Source of the DNA: an uncultured virus (IMG/VR IMGVR_UViG_3300043473_000258)
Lineage: Duplodnaviria; Heunggongvirae; Uroviricota; Caudoviricetes
DNA length: 64,000 bases
IMG/VR virus record: IMGVR_UViG_3300043473_000258
Direction: 5' to 3' (one strand)
Positions 15,517 to 26,083 of the stretch are shown here, piece after piece. How positions within the stretch are numbered: the stretch's first letter is position 1; each line of letters opens with the position of its first letter. The notes beneath the pieces are model-generated. The model was given only the letters and a program-made list of their open reading frames with translations. It did not search any database and was not told the DNA's origin. The translations under genes and the position numbers were made by a program.

Positions 15517-16836
15517 ATGAAAACCAACACCAAGCCCAAAGTCTCCCCCGTCTACAACAACGAGGGAATCCGAGCCCACAACATCAGCCCCGAGAAGGCG
15601 CTCCGGCGCTCCGTCCTCTCCTGCCTGCTCTTCGAAAAAGAGTTCTACCAGGATGGCGAGAGCGTTGCCGACCGCATCGTCCAGCTCGTGCCCAAAGTGA
15701 AGCCGCAGGTCGTCGCTGACCTCGCCTTCGAAGCCCGCAGCAAGTTCCACCTGCGCCACGTTCCCCTCTTCCTCGTTCGCCAGATGGCGAAACACGAGAA
15801 GCACAAGGAGCTGGTCGCCCAGACCCTCGAGCGCGTCATCCAGCGTGCCGACGAGCTGGCGGAGTTTGTCGCCATTTACTGGAAGGACAAAAAGCAGCCG
15901 CTCTCCGCGCAGGTCAAAAAGGGCCTTGCTGCGGCGTTCGCCAAATTCGACGAATACTCGCTCTCGAAGTACAACCGCGATGGCGCGGTGAAGCTGCGCG
16001 ACGTGCTCTTCCTCTGCCACGCCAAGCCTGCCAACAAGGCGCAGGAAAAGCTCTGGAAAAAGCTCGTGGGCGGCAAGCTCGCCGAGGCCCGGACGTGGGA
16101 GAATGAGCTCTCCGAAAAGGGCGGCAAGGACAAGAAAGGCTCGTGGACCGCGCTCTTGAAAGAGGGTGCGCTCGGCGGCATGGCTTTGCTGCGTAACCTG
16201 CGAAACATCTCCGGCGCGAAGGTCGAGCGAAAGCACATCGAGAAGGCGATGGACGAGGCGGATTTCCACCGCGTCCTGCCCTTCCGCTTCATCGCGGCTG
16301 CGCGTGCGTGCCCCGGCATGGAGGACCTCATCGAGCCCGTGATGCTCAAGGCGCTCGAATTGCGCCGGAAGCTCAAGGGAACGACCCTCCTGCTCGTCGA
16401 CTGCTCGCCTTCGATGTTCGACAACAAGCTCTCGGACAAAAGCGATTTGGTTCGCGCTGACGCCGGGCTGGGTCTTGCCGTGCTCGTGCGCGAGGTGTGC
16501 GAGAAGGCTGCCATCGTGGCGTTCTCGAACACCGTGGCCGTCGTCCCGCCCCGCCGCGGCTTCGCCCTGGCGGACGCCATCAAGACCGCGGTCGCGTCCA
16601 ACGGGACGCTGCTGGGCCGTGCGGTGGCGTCTGTGAGCGGAAAGTACGATCGGCTCATCGTCATCACCGACGAGGAAAGTCAGGATCCCGTGGGCAACCC
16701 CGACAAGGGGCGCCATGCCTACATGGTGAATGTCGCGAGTGGGAAACACGGCGTCGGTTACGGCCCGTGGACCCACATCGACGGCTTCTCCGAGGCCATT
16801 TTGGACTTTATCTACGAGATCGAATCCGAAGGATAA
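15517..16836 (+). CDS. rsr: Ro60/TROVE-domain RNA-binding protein with VWA domain
   Basis: KYNRDGAVKLRDVLFLCHAKP, TWE..LS, MALLRNLRNI, VLPFRF, MIDAS DCSPSM, ITDE. Confidence 0.93.
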   Translation: MKTNTKPKVSPVYNNEGIRAHNISPEKALRRSVLSCLLFEKEFYQDGESVADRIVQLVPKVKPQVVADLAFEARSKFHLRHVPLFLVRQMAKHEKHKELVAQTLERVIQRADELAEFVAIYWKDKKQPLSAQVKKGLAAAFAKFDEYSLSKYNRDGAVKLRDVLFLCHAKPANKAQEKLWKKLVGGKLAEARTWENELSEKGGKDKKGSWTALLKEGALGGMALLRNLRNISGAKVERKHIEKAMDEADFHRVLPFRFIAAARACPGMEDLIEPVMLKALELRRKLKGTTLLLVDCSPSMFDNKLSDKSDLVRADAGLGLAVLVREVCEKAAIVAFSNTVAVVPPRRGFALADAIKTAVASNGTLLGRAVASVSGKYDRLIVITDEESQDPVGNPDKGRHAYMVNVASGKHGVGYGPWTHIDGFSEAILDFIYEIESEG

Positions 16837-16837
16837 A

Positions 16838-17218
16838 ATGTCACTCACCGATCCAATCCAGCGAAAAGCGTACATGCGGGCATGGGTCGAGAAAAACCGC
16901 GACAAGACCCGCGTGTACGCTGCTCGCTCCTACCAGAAGCACCGGGCCAAGTGGGCCCACCGCAACCGGCGATACACCCTGCAAAGGAATTATCGCATCA
17001 CGCTGGAGGAGTATCAGGCGCTGCTGCTCGCCCAAGGGGGCCTTTGCGCCGTGTGCGAGAAGCCCCAAAAAAGCGGCCGGAGGCTGGCCGTCGATCACGA
17101 CCATGAAACCGGTCTGGTCCGCGGGCTCCTATGCCAGTCCTGCAACGGGAAGCTGGAGAAGTTCAAGCGGTACTTGGACGCCCACTATGAAATCGAAAAC
17201 GAAGGCCCGCAGGGGTAG
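16838..17218 (+). CDS. Endonuclease VII-family nuclease
   Basis: YRITLEEY..QGGLCAVC..LAVDHDHETGLVRGLLCQSCN. Confidence 0.9.
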   Translation: MSLTDPIQRKAYMRAWVEKNRDKTRVYAARSYQKHRAKWAHRNRRYTLQRNYRITLEEYQALLLAQGGLCAVCEKPQKSGRRLAVDHDHETGLVRGLLCQSCNGKLEKFKRYLDAHYEIENEGPQG

Positions 17219-17363
17219 ACCAAAAACATTCCGGGTCAGGCTCGTCTGCTACGTGTTACCCGACACGGCAAAAGCAGTGCGAGACCTGACCCGGAGTGGA
17301 CTGGCGGACGTGTCGACCGTGGGCAAAGTGGTCGACAAGGCGATTCAAAGACCCTTGCCGTAA
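17187..17363 (+). CDS. Small basic DNA-binding protein (RGRP, RHH-like)
   Basis: MKSKTKARRGRPKT, then a beta-helix-helix-like pattern. Confidence 0.45.
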   Translation: MKSKTKARRGRPKTFRVRLVCYVLPDTAKAVRDLTRSGLADVSTVGKVVDKAIQRPLP

Positions 17364-17388
17364 TTTGGGTCCCGCGGGACACTGAGGG

Positions 17389-18723
17389 ATGCCCGGTGGG
17401 AACGACAATGAGGTCAACGCGCTTTACGCGATTGCGTGCTCGACGGGTGAAATGGCGACGGCGGCCGGGGGAGTGCCGGTGGCCAATTACGGCGACAACG
17501 AGGACTCACTGGCGATGGCGATCGCCTGCAACCTCTACGCGACCCTCGGCGGGCTCGGCAGCGACTGTCAGCCGACGTGGGTGGACGGGGCGACCGCGTG
17601 GCAGGCGATTTTGCAGATGTCGGCGGCACTCGTCGGCCTGACCGGCGCCGGGGATGCCGTGGGCTTTTACGAGCTGCCGCAGCAGGGCGTGTTTTGCAAC
17701 CTGCTGCAGGTCTCGACCAACACGGGGACAACCGCGGAAGGTGATTTCGGCGGCAACGAGGGCGACCTTGCCCTGCTCAACTCGATTGCGTGCGTGACCG
17801 CGCAGATTGCTGCCAACGGCTTCACGCCGCCCCCACCGGCCCCAACAGGGCTGAACGCCATCGCCAATTACTCGGCTGTGAATCTGTCGTGGTTTGGGAC
17901 TTTCGTGGACAACTACAAGGTCTACCGCGCCACCGTGAGTGGCGGCCCGTACACGCTTATCGGCAGCCCGGTGAGCTTCTCCTTCAACGACCTCACAGTC
18001 ACTGACTGGATTCCGTACTTTTACGTTGTCACCGCGGTCGTTGGTGGACAGGAGAGCGCGTACTCCATCGAGAAAAGCGCAACGCCCGAGCGCAGGCCGG
18101 AGGGGCTTTACGACGCGAGCGCATTGACGCCGGGAGCCATCACCGCATGGCCCGAGAAAAACCTCATCGTGGCGCGTAATCTCTCGGGTACGGCCACCGT
18201 GCTCGCCGCCGCCCAGAATGGGCTGAACGCGGTGGATTTTAACGGGTCTACACACCAGTTGGCGGCAACGCTGACCACGCCGACCCAGCGCACTGTCATC
18301 ATGGCACTGCGGACGGCGAATCTCAACAACGCCAACCCGGCCATCAATTTCGGTAGCGGCGTCACCTCGAATCTCAACGGCATCCTGCGCCGGACGACCG
18401 GCGACTGGGCCTTCGCCACGCCCGGTACGGGAGTGCCCGTCAATTATGGCGTCCTGACGGATCCTCCCGGCGTTCTAGCGTGGGTCTACGATGGGCCCGG
18501 CAACGTGGTGCGGCTGTATAAGAATGGCGTCTTCGTGACCGGGACCACCCACAATGCGAGCAACGCGGGCGTGAGCGCGACCCTGCGCCTCGGAAGCGCG
18601 ACCGGCGCGGCAAACTTCAAGGTCTGCACATGGTTCGAGTTGATCGTCTACGACGCCATCATCCCAGACTCGGCCATCGCTCTCAAATCCGCACAGCTCC
18701 AGGCAAAGTGGGCTTTGCCCTAG
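17389..18723 (+). CDS. Virion structural protein with FN3 and LamG-like domains
   Basis: PAPTGL..YKVYRATVSGGPYT..YFYVVTAV..ES (FN3); C-terminal LYKNG..LRLG..ELIVYD. Confidence 0.7.
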   Translation: MPGGNDNEVNALYAIACSTGEMATAAGGVPVANYGDNEDSLAMAIACNLYATLGGLGSDCQPTWVDGATAWQAILQMSAALVGLTGAGDAVGFYELPQQGVFCNLLQVSTNTGTTAEGDFGGNEGDLALLNSIACVTAQIAANGFTPPPPAPTGLNAIANYSAVNLSWFGTFVDNYKVYRATVSGGPYTLIGSPVSFSFNDLTVTDWIPYFYVVTAVVGGQESAYSIEKSATPERRPEGLYDASALTPGAITAWPEKNLIVARNLSGTATVLAAAQNGLNAVDFNGSTHQLAATLTTPTQRTVIMALRTANLNNANPAINFGSGVTSNLNGILRRTTGDWAFATPGTGVPVNYGVLTDPPGVLAWVYDGPGNVVRLYKNGVFVTGTTHNASNAGVSATLRLGSATGAANFKVCTWFELIVYDAIIPDSAIALKSAQLQAKWALP

Positions 18724-18754
18724 ACGGATTTTCAAACTCGCCTGAATCTTTCCT

Positions 18755-19906
18755 ATGCCCGGCTACTCATGGGACCCCTACAGCGGCGTGCTCCTGCCAA
18801 AGTGCTGCGACGATGCGTGCAGCTATGCCTACGATCCGGGCAGCGGTGAGCAGTTTGTCGCCGAGTGCGACCCGACCATCCTGCCGGGCTACGTGCCCAA
18901 TCCCGGCCAGTGCGTGTGCAGCGATGTCGTGCCGCCGCCGCTTCCGCCGCCGCCTACGGGCCTGTTTGCCGATCCGGGTGTGGACACCAACACTCTGCTC
19001 TGGTCGCCCAATGGCCTCGGCGATGCCTTCAACGTCTACCGCAGCACGACTCCTGGTGGCCCCTACACTTTTCTCGCCGACGCCGGGGGCGGCTTCACCG
19101 CGTTCTATGTGGACTCGACGGCCGTGGGAGGCACGACCTACTACTACGTCGTGACCAAGGTGGTCGATGGCGTGGAGAGCCTGCCAACCAATGAGGCCGA
19201 CGCGGCCACGCAGACCGAGTGGGACGGAGTCGTGCAGCAGCTCCTGCAGTGGAACCCCGACCTCATCATCTCGGCAGAGGGATTGCCGGGAGTGCTCGGC
19301 ACGCCGATCGTCTCCATCGTCAACCGCGGCATCGCGGGCGGCACCATGGGGCAGACCAACGCGGCGAGGCAGCCGACGCTGGTCCCGGCCGGGCTCAACG
19401 GTCATCCGACCATGCGCTTTGACGGCGTGGACGACTTACTCCAGATGCCCCTTGCGGGCCTGACCTCGATTGCCGCCATCACGGTCTTCAAGCGCAGTGG
19501 GGTGAACACCAACACGCGCATTGCCACCGTGCTCACGGGGCTCAATGGCTCGGACGCGACTGCCGTGAGTCCGATTCCGCACTTCTTCAACGCCGACACG
19601 CTGGGCTCGCATTACGCGGGCGCTGGGCCGGTGGGCTTTCCGATCGCGGACACGAATTTCCACTCGGCCATCTCGTATCTCGACGGCGCCGGGAACGGAT
19701 TCATCCGGCTGGACGCGAGCGCGTACAACTCGGCTCCGCTTTGCTTGCAGACAGCGGACCCCAACGTCTACGCGGCCCTCGGCGGGACCGGTGGCGGCCT
19801 TTCGCTCCTCGGCGAGATTGCCGCTCACGTTCGCTGGAAGACGGCCCCCACGCCGACCAACCTGAACAACGCCTGGATCCAGCTCCGCAACTACTACGGC
19901 CTGTAA
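18755..19906 (+). CDS. Virion structural protein: Cys-rich N-terminus, FN3, LamG-like
   Basis: FN3 paralogous to 17389; FDGVDDLL motif. Confidence 0.7.
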   Translation: MPGYSWDPYSGVLLPKCCDDACSYAYDPGSGEQFVAECDPTILPGYVPNPGQCVCSDVVPPPLPPPPTGLFADPGVDTNTLLWSPNGLGDAFNVYRSTTPGGPYTFLADAGGGFTAFYVDSTAVGGTTYYYVVTKVVDGVESLPTNEADAATQTEWDGVVQQLLQWNPDLIISAEGLPGVLGTPIVSIVNRGIAGGTMGQTNAARQPTLVPAGLNGHPTMRFDGVDDLLQMPLAGLTSIAAITVFKRSGVNTNTRIATVLTGLNGSDATAVSPIPHFFNADTLGSHYAGAGPVGFPIADTNFHSAISYLDGAGNGFIRLDASAYNSAPLCLQTADPNVYAALGGTGGGLSLLGEIAAHVRWKTAPTPTNLNNAWIQLRNYYGL

Positions 19907-19909
19907 GCC

Positions 19910-20323
19910 ATGCCCGGAGTCGACCAGTTTGCACTGCGGCAGATTCCAGTCTCGCTCTTCTATGCGACCGCTGTGAACCTGAAGGCGATCGGCGTGACCG
20001 ACATCTTCACGGTGCCTTCTGGCATGACCTTCATCCTGGTCAACGCCTACTATCTCATCACGCAAAACGTGGGCAGTCCGAAGGGGCCGGTCGCACACAT
20101 CCGCGAGAGCGGTGGCAACCTCGCTATGACCGACAACGCGCCGGACAACAACGTGAGCATGGCGGTCGGCTTCAAAGCGTGGCCGCCAGATCCCGACAAT
20201 AATCCATCTCGGGCCTTGTGCGCGGCGGGCAACAAGGTGCAGTTTGAGGTGACTGCTCTGGGCGCTGGCGCCGGGCCGCTCGTGGCCACCGTGGCAGTGA
20301 CCGGCTTTCTTGTCCCGATATAA
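19910..20323 (+). CDS. Small beta-rich structural protein
   Basis: 137 aa, in the structural operon. Confidence 0.6.
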   Translation: MPGVDQFALRQIPVSLFYATAVNLKAIGVTDIFTVPSGMTFILVNAYYLITQNVGSPKGPVAHIRESGGNLAMTDNAPDNNVSMAVGFKAWPPDPDNNPSRALCAAGNKVQFEVTALGAGAGPLVATVAVTGFLVPI

Positions 20324-20360
20324 CCCTAGACGGATTTTCAAACTCAACTGAGGTTTTGCC

Positions 20361-20807
20361 ATGCCACCGCCCGATCCCTACGCCGCCCCGCCACCCGGAA
20401 TGCCACCCGTGGCCGAGGCCGCGCCCCCAATGGGAGACGCTGGCATGGCCCCGGAGACCGAGATGGAAGAGCCCGAGGAGGAAGGTGCGGGCGAGGTGCT
20501 CAAGAATCACCTCTACCTGCCTGGGGATTTCCCCGGCGAGGCCGAGCCCAAGCCGGGCGACAAAAAGGCTTTCATGACCGACGCCACCTTCGTCGAAATA
20601 AAGAAGGGCGAGCAGTGCTGGAAGGTTGATTCCGTTGACGGAGTTCCTATAAGCTCGGACGGTGAAGAGAAGATGGCCCAGATGGGCGACGAAAACGAGT
20701 CCACCACGAGCGAAGCCAGCGCCCCTGCCCCCGATGAATCAGCCCCAGCCGAACCAGGAGGCGGAGACAACCCTTTTACTGCCATCATCCTCGGCAAGAA
20801 AAAGTGA
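20361..20807 (+). CDS. Acidic low-complexity protein
   Basis: Preceded by TAGACG-17-GAGGTT-5-ATG. Confidence 0.65.
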   Translation: MPPPDPYAAPPPGMPPVAEAAPPMGDAGMAPETEMEEPEEEGAGEVLKNHLYLPGDFPGEAEPKPGDKKAFMTDATFVEIKKGEQCWKVDSVDGVPISSDGEEKMAQMGDENESTTSEASAPAPDESAPAEPGGGDNPFTAIILGKKK

Positions 20808-21912
20808 GCCTCTGAGGCTGCATGTCGTGGGGATGCCCCACACCCAGGTCACACGGGATTACAACTGGTGCGCTTACACTTCGAAGCTCCGGCATTTTTG
20901 CACCTTCATGTACGACCTCGGGCACGAGGTCTTCCTTTACGCGGGCGATGAGAACGACGCCCACGTCACCGAGCTGGTGCCGGTGGTGACCAAGGCGCAG
21001 CAGAAAAAGTGGTTCGGGCATTACGACTGGGAGCGCGACGTCTTCGACGGCTGGAACAGCGAGGACGAGTGGTGGCGCCACATGAATATCGCGGCGACGG
21101 CCGGGATCCTGCAGCGGGCGAGGCCGGGCGATTTCGTCTGCATCATCTCCGGCTGGTGCCAGCAGGTGCTCTCCGATTTGGGGCTCACCACGGTCGAGTG
21201 GGGTGTGGGGTACAAGGGCGTTTTGCCCAACAGCTACCGCTGCTTTGAGAGCTACGCATGGATGCACCACATCGCGGCGAAACAGGAAAGTGACGACATT
21301 CGTTACTTCGACACAGTCATCCCGAACAGCTTCGACGTGGACGAGTTTCCGGCCGGGACCGGTGACGGCGACTTCGCCTTCCTCGGGCGGCTCATCCGGC
21401 GCAAGGGCCCGCATATCGCGGCCGAGGTGTGCAAGATTCTGGGCGAGCGCCTTATTCTCGCGGGCCAGGGCCTGGCGGAAAACTCTCCGCACACCAGCGC
21501 CATCATGGGCAAGGACGGCGTCGTCGTGGACGGCAACGTCACTCACATTGGCCGGGTGAACATCGAGCAGCGAGCGCGGCTCCTGGGCCAGGCGAAGGCG
21601 CTCTTCGTGCCCACCATCTACCTCGAGCCCTTCGGCGGCGTGGCGGTCGAAGCGATGCTCTGCGGCACGCCGGTCATCACCAGCGACTGGGGTGCTTTCA
21701 CCGAGTACGTGATTGACGGCTTCAACGGTTTCCGCTGCCGCACGCTGGCCGACTTCGTGCGGGCTGCGCGGACGGCTCCGCACCTGCCGCGGGCTGACAT
21801 TCGCAAGTGGGCGCAGAATCGTTTCTCCACCGACGTCGTGGCCCCGCGCTACGAGGCGTGGTTCCGCAAGCTCGAAACCCTTCACCGCGGAGGCTGGTAT
21901 GAATTGGCGTAG
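20734..21912 (+). CDS. GT-B (GT4-like) glycosyltransferase; start uncertain
   Basis: FLGRLIRRKG, EPFGGVAVEAMLCGTPVI, EYVIDGFNGF. Confidence 0.9.
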   Translation: MNQPQPNQEAETTLLLPSSSARKSEPLRLHVVGMPHTQVTRDYNWCAYTSKLRHFCTFMYDLGHEVFLYAGDENDAHVTELVPVVTKAQQKKWFGHYDWERDVFDGWNSEDEWWRHMNIAATAGILQRARPGDFVCIISGWCQQVLSDLGLTTVEWGVGYKGVLPNSYRCFESYAWMHHIAAKQESDDIRYFDTVIPNSFDVDEFPAGTGDGDFAFLGRLIRRKGPHIAAEVCKILGERLILAGQGLAENSPHTSAIMGKDGVVVDGNVTHIGRVNIEQRARLLGQAKALFVPTIYLEPFGGVAVEAMLCGTPVITSDWGAFTEYVIDGFNGFRCRTLADFVRAARTAPHLPRADIRKWAQNRFSTDVVAPRYEAWFRKLETLHRGGWYELA

Positions 21913-21951
21913 GTCATTGTCAAAAACGGGGAACGGCGGGAGCTTTCTTGC

Positions 21952-23619
21952 GTGGCCACCGGACCTTTCCCAGTTGATTTCCGCGGTGCGCCGGTTCAGT
22001 ACGCGCTCACTCCGAGCATGTGGGTCTGCGGTCTCGCGGGTGGTGGCGCGGTTCCGGTACGCATTGCGGCCAGCGCCTTCGCGAGGGCCGGAGCTGGCGG
22101 GAGCAGCGGCACCGGGCCAACTGGCCCAACTGGCGCCACAGGCCCGGTCGGAGCAACCGGGGCAACTGGAGTCACGGGCGCCACTGGCCCCGGAGGAGCG
22201 GGATCTGTTGGTGCGACTGGCCCAACTGGGCCGACAGGTGCCAGTGGGCCGGTGGGAGCCACGGGGTCAACAGGGCCCAGCGGCCCGGCTGGCGTCACGG
22301 GCCCAGCCGGACCAACCGGCGACACTGGACCCACTGGTCCTACGGGTGCCGTGGGGCCGACCGGTGTCACGGGCCCAACGGGAGCCACCGGACCACAGGG
22401 AATTCCGGGCTTCATCGGCGCAACCGGACCCACTGGGCCCGCGGGAGCGACCGGACCTACGGGTCTGACGGGAGCGACGGGGCCGACCGGCCCTACTGGG
22501 CCAACCGGAGTGACCGGACCTTCCGGCCCGACCGACGCCACGCGCCACAACGTCAACCAGACGGCGCATGGCTTCGTGGTGGGCGACATCGTGCGCTTCA
22601 ACGGCACGATTTACGTCAAGGCCCAGGCCGACAGCGCCACCAACTCGGAGGTGGCCGGGATCGTGGCCGTCATCATCGACGCCAACAACTTCACCCTCAT
22701 CACGAATGGCTACGTCACCGGGCTGACGGGACTGGTAGCCGGGACGACCTTCTTCCTGAGTCCGAGCGTGGCCGGGGCATTGACTGCCACGGAGCCCACG
22801 ACCGCTGGACAGGTCACCAAGCCGCTCGTCATCGCCGACACGACGACCTCCGGGTACTTCTTCAACTTCCGCGGCTTCGTGGTCGGCACCCCGTCTTCTG
22901 GTGGCTCGAGCATCGCGCAGGGTCTCTACGCCTCGCGGCCGGGCTCAGGCACCAACGTCGGCGACACCTACATCGCCACCGACAGTCCCTTGATGTCTGT
23001 GTGGACGGGTTCTGTCTGGAATACCTTCCACAAGGGCGGCGAGCTGGCGGCATCGCCCGGCCTTTCCTCCGGCTACACGCAGGTCAACTTCGGAGCCGGG
23101 AACGTCACGCTCTCGGATGTTGGCGGCGTGATTGGGATGAAGATTATCGACAACGGCCTGAACCTGCGCACGCTGGTCAAGGCCCAGCCGAGCACGCCCT
23201 ATCACATCGAGTTTTTCCTGAAGGGGCTAAACTTCAACCTGAACAGCACGGCCGCCGGGGTGTATTTCTACGACGGCACCAAGTTCATCGGCATCGAATG
23301 CCTTGGCCAGAACGCCGGAACGATTCTGCGTGTCCAGCGGTGGAACAGCATCACGTCGGTAGGCACCTCGGTCTACGCTCCCTCGGGTGGAATGCTCGTT
23401 GGGCTGGAATTTGGAGGGGTGTGGCTCCGGCTGGGGAACAACGGCACCAACCTGACCTTCGACTACTCATTCAACCGCGGCGACTGGTGGCAGATGTACA
23501 CGGAGACCCTCGCCACCTTCATCACGCCAACGCACTACGGCTTCGGAGGGGTGTGCGTAACCGGAGTCGCGCCGAATTTCATCCAACTGAGCATCCAGGG
23601 ACTGAACCTGACAGCATGA
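21952..23619 (+). CDS. Collagen-like (G-X-T) fibre protein
   Basis: Long GPT/GAT tract, [10 protein letters not shown] domain, C-terminal beta-rich head. Confidence 0.85.
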   Translation: MATGPFPVDFRGAPVQYALTPSMWVCGLAGGGAVPVRIAASAFARAGAGGSSGTGPTGPTGATGPVGATGATGVTGATGPGGAGSVGATGPTGPTGASGPVGATGSTGPSGPAGVTGPAGPTGDTGPTGPTGAVGPTGVTGPTGATGPQGIPGFIGATGPTGPAGATGPTGLTGATGPTGPTGPTGVTGPSGPTDATRHNVNQTAHGFVVGDIVRFNGTIYVKAQADSATNSEVAGIVAVIIDANNFTLITNGYVTGLTGLVAGTTFFLSPSVAGALTATEPTTAGQVTKPLVIADTTTSGYFFNFRGFVVGTPSSGGSSIAQGLYASRPGSGTNVGDTYIATDSPLMSVWTGSVWNTFHKGGELAASPGLSSGYTQVNFGAGNVTLSDVGGVIGMKIIDNGLNLRTLVKAQPSTPYHIEFFLKGLNFNLNSTAAGVYFYDGTKFIGIECLGQNAGTILRVQRWNSITSVGTSVYAPSGGMLVGLEFGGVWLRLGNNGTNLTFDYSFNRGDWWQMYTETLATFITPTHYGFGGVCVTGVAPNFIQLSIQGLNLTA

Positions 23620-25040
23620 GCAGCTCGACTTACAACATCCCTCCGGGCCCACCGGGCGCGACTGGGCCGACAGGCGCCACGGGCCCAACAGGGCTCACGG
23701 GTGCGACCGGCCCCATTGGCGTGACTGGGCCTGCAGGCGTGACAGGACCGACTGGCCCGATCGGCGCAACAGGACCGCAAGGAGTGGCAGGAGTTGCCGG
23801 TCCAACAGGTCCAACCGGAGTTACGGGCCCGGCTGGAGTAGCGGGACCTACGGGTCCAACGGGCGTGACAGGTCCGGCAGGAGTTGCCGGGCCCACTGGA
23901 CCGACTGGCGTGATTGGACCGGCAGGGCCCACAGGACCAACAGGTCCCATCGGGGCGACCGGCGCCACGGGGCCAACTGGAATCACCGGGCCAACGGGTC
24001 CGACCGGCCCAGTGGACGCGACGAGGCACGCCGTCAATCAGACCGGCCACGGCTTTGTCGTCGGCAATCTGGTGCGGATTTCGAGTTTCGGCTTCTATGG
24101 GTTTGCGAGTGCGGCCAGCGCGGGTGCCGCTGAAGTAGCAGGCATGGTCGGTCAGGTGATCGACGCCAACAATTTCGTGTTGGTCACGAACGGCTGGGTG
24201 AGCGGGCTGACGGGCCTGACCAACGGCGTCTATTTCCTCGATGCCACCGGCTCCGGCACGATGTCGCACACCGAGCCGAGCACGGTGGGGCAGGTGAGCA
24301 AGCCCGTGTTTATCGCGGACAGCACGACCAGCGGCTACTTCTACAACTTCCGCGGTCAGGTCATCGCGGCGGCGGCGACGGCGGATCCTCGGCTCTCGCG
24401 CTGGCGCTATTACTCGGTGACGCCTGCCGTCCCAAACGCGCAGGACGACGAATTTGTGGGTACGCTCAACCCGCTCTGGACGCCGTGGGGCGACAACTCG
24501 AGCCTCGGCCAATGGGTGGTGGGCGGCCTCGAGACCAAGGAGGTGAACGTGATTTACACGGGCAGCGCGGCCGGAGCCTTCCGGTGCGGCGGCCTTCAGC
24601 AGGCGGCACCTCTGGCGCCCTGGCGGATCACCGTGCCCACAGTCTTCAACGGCGGGACCGGCTACGAGCAGGGCATCGGGCTCTTCGCCCGCGAAAGCTC
24701 GACCGGGAAGATGTGGATTGTTGGCCGCGGCTTCCTGAGTGGAGTAGGTGCGCTGGGGACTTACTACATCCAGTACACGGGCTCTGGCCCCTACACGAGC
24801 AGCGGCTCGGGCTGGATTGAGTATGGCTGCCACTATCCACTCTGGCTGCGCCTCGAGCGCACAGGCACGGTGATCAACACCTATACCAGCACCGATGGCA
24901 TCAACTGGACGACGCTGCAATTCTCCATCCAGCTCACGGGCGCCTTCACCGTGGAGCCCGACCAGTACGGAATCTTCGCCAACAGTTACACGACGAGCCT
25001 TCCGGGCGCTGGGACGTTCGGCCCATTCCGCGTAGGATAA
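23616..25040 (+). CDS. Collagen-like fibre protein, paralogue of 21952
   Basis: ATGA-coupled start MSSSTYN; same middle domain, different head. Confidence 0.85.
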   Translation: MSSSTYNIPPGPPGATGPTGATGPTGLTGATGPIGVTGPAGVTGPTGPIGATGPQGVAGVAGPTGPTGVTGPAGVAGPTGPTGVTGPAGVAGPTGPTGVIGPAGPTGPTGPIGATGATGPTGITGPTGPTGPVDATRHAVNQTGHGFVVGNLVRISSFGFYGFASAASAGAAEVAGMVGQVIDANNFVLVTNGWVSGLTGLTNGVYFLDATGSGTMSHTEPSTVGQVSKPVFIADSTTSGYFYNFRGQVIAAAATADPRLSRWRYYSVTPAVPNAQDDEFVGTLNPLWTPWGDNSSLGQWVVGGLETKEVNVIYTGSAAGAFRCGGLQQAAPLAPWRITVPTVFNGGTGYEQGIGLFARESSTGKMWIVGRGFLSGVGALGTYYIQYTGSGPYTSSGSGWIEYGCHYPLWLRLERTGTVINTYTSTDGINWTTLQFSIQLTGAFTVEPDQYGIFANSYTTSLPGAGTFGPFRVG

Positions 25041-25043
25041 TTT

Positions 25044-25949
25044 ATGGCCCAATCTGCACTCACACCTCCGCCAGCGGGAGCCTCCGGTCCAACAGGGCCG
25101 GGAGGTCCAGTGGGACCAACTGGGCCAACAGGGCCCACGGGACCCGGCAGCATCACGAGTACCAAGCTGCCGCTCAAGGGCAACAATACGGGTGGCGCAA
25201 TTCCCATCGGCATCCAGGCCATGGCCGATGCAGACTTGGTCGCTCCAGCCGGTACAAATCTCGTCTACATCAGCGCGTTTTTTACAGCCGCTCGCACTCT
25301 CGTCATTCCGCCGTCGACCGGCTATGCAGTAGGCGATTCCATCCTCGTGACTGACCCCAATGGATGCGTGGGCGGCACTACGGGGCTCGCGGTCGCGCCA
25401 ACTGGAGCCGACACGATCAACGGAGCGAACACCTGGCTGTGGCTTTTCAACGGCCCACGCCGCTCGTGCAGGCTTGTCGTGGGATACAGCGGCGGCTGGG
25501 GCACAGACGACAACCGCTACGGCATCACCAATGGCAGCAACGCGATAACCGGGGAAGTGGGGGAGGTTGTCCTAGCCTCGCGAGCGATTGGGGCGGGCGT
25601 GGCCATTGTCAACGCGGTGACAATCAATGTGACTAGCATCGCGCTCACGGCTGGAGATTGGGATGTGAGCGGGCAAAATGGGTATCAAGCCAATGGGACT
25701 GTCAACTTGAGTGCGCTCGCCGGGGGATGCACCTCGGTTTCAGCAGGCTTCCCGCCTGACGAGCAATCCACCTTGCTTCGCTACCCTGCCTCGAGTCTCG
25801 GCGGCGGCAACACCTTCTTCCTGCCCTTCCCGACGACCCGCTTCAATCTCACTGCGCCCGCGACAATCTACCTGACCGCGCTCGTCCTCTTTGCCGGGGG
25901 CGGGACGATGCTGGCTTCTGGTTTAATCCGAGCCCGGAGGATGAGATAA
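25044..25949 (+). CDS. Short-collagen fibre/decoration protein
   Basis: GPT tract; C-terminal [20 protein letters not shown] domain. Confidence 0.75.
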   Translation: MAQSALTPPPAGASGPTGPGGPVGPTGPTGPTGPGSITSTKLPLKGNNTGGAIPIGIQAMADADLVAPAGTNLVYISAFFTAARTLVIPPSTGYAVGDSILVTDPNGCVGGTTGLAVAPTGADTINGANTWLWLFNGPRRSCRLVVGYSGGWGTDDNRYGITNGSNAITGEVGEVVLASRAIGAGVAIVNAVTINVTSIALTAGDWDVSGQNGYQANGTVNLSALAGGCTSVSAGFPPDEQSTLLRYPASSLGGGNTFFLPFPTTRFNLTAPATIYLTALVLFAGGGTMLASGLIRARRMR

Positions 25950-26044
25950 TGCAAAACGTGCTCACATTCGCGGTCTTCATGGGACTGCTCTGCGTCATGA
26001 TGAAGGCGGTCATCGAAATCGCGAAGGGTCGCAAGAAGAAATAA
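25949..26044 (+). CDS. 31-aa membrane peptide
   Basis: TAATG coupling; MQNVLTFAVFMGLLCVMMKAVIEIAKGRKKK. Confidence 0.45.
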   Translation: MQNVLTFAVFMGLLCVMMKAVIEIAKGRKKK

Positions 26045-26083
26045 CCCCCTTGTCGGTTTTTCGGAGTGCCGCGAGGATTTGTC

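Noticed and set aside
22020..23615. 1006-aa ORF 22020..25040 as a single protein
   Set aside because: The first half is an off-frame shadow of 21952..23619; the real gene starts at the ATGA junction 23616.
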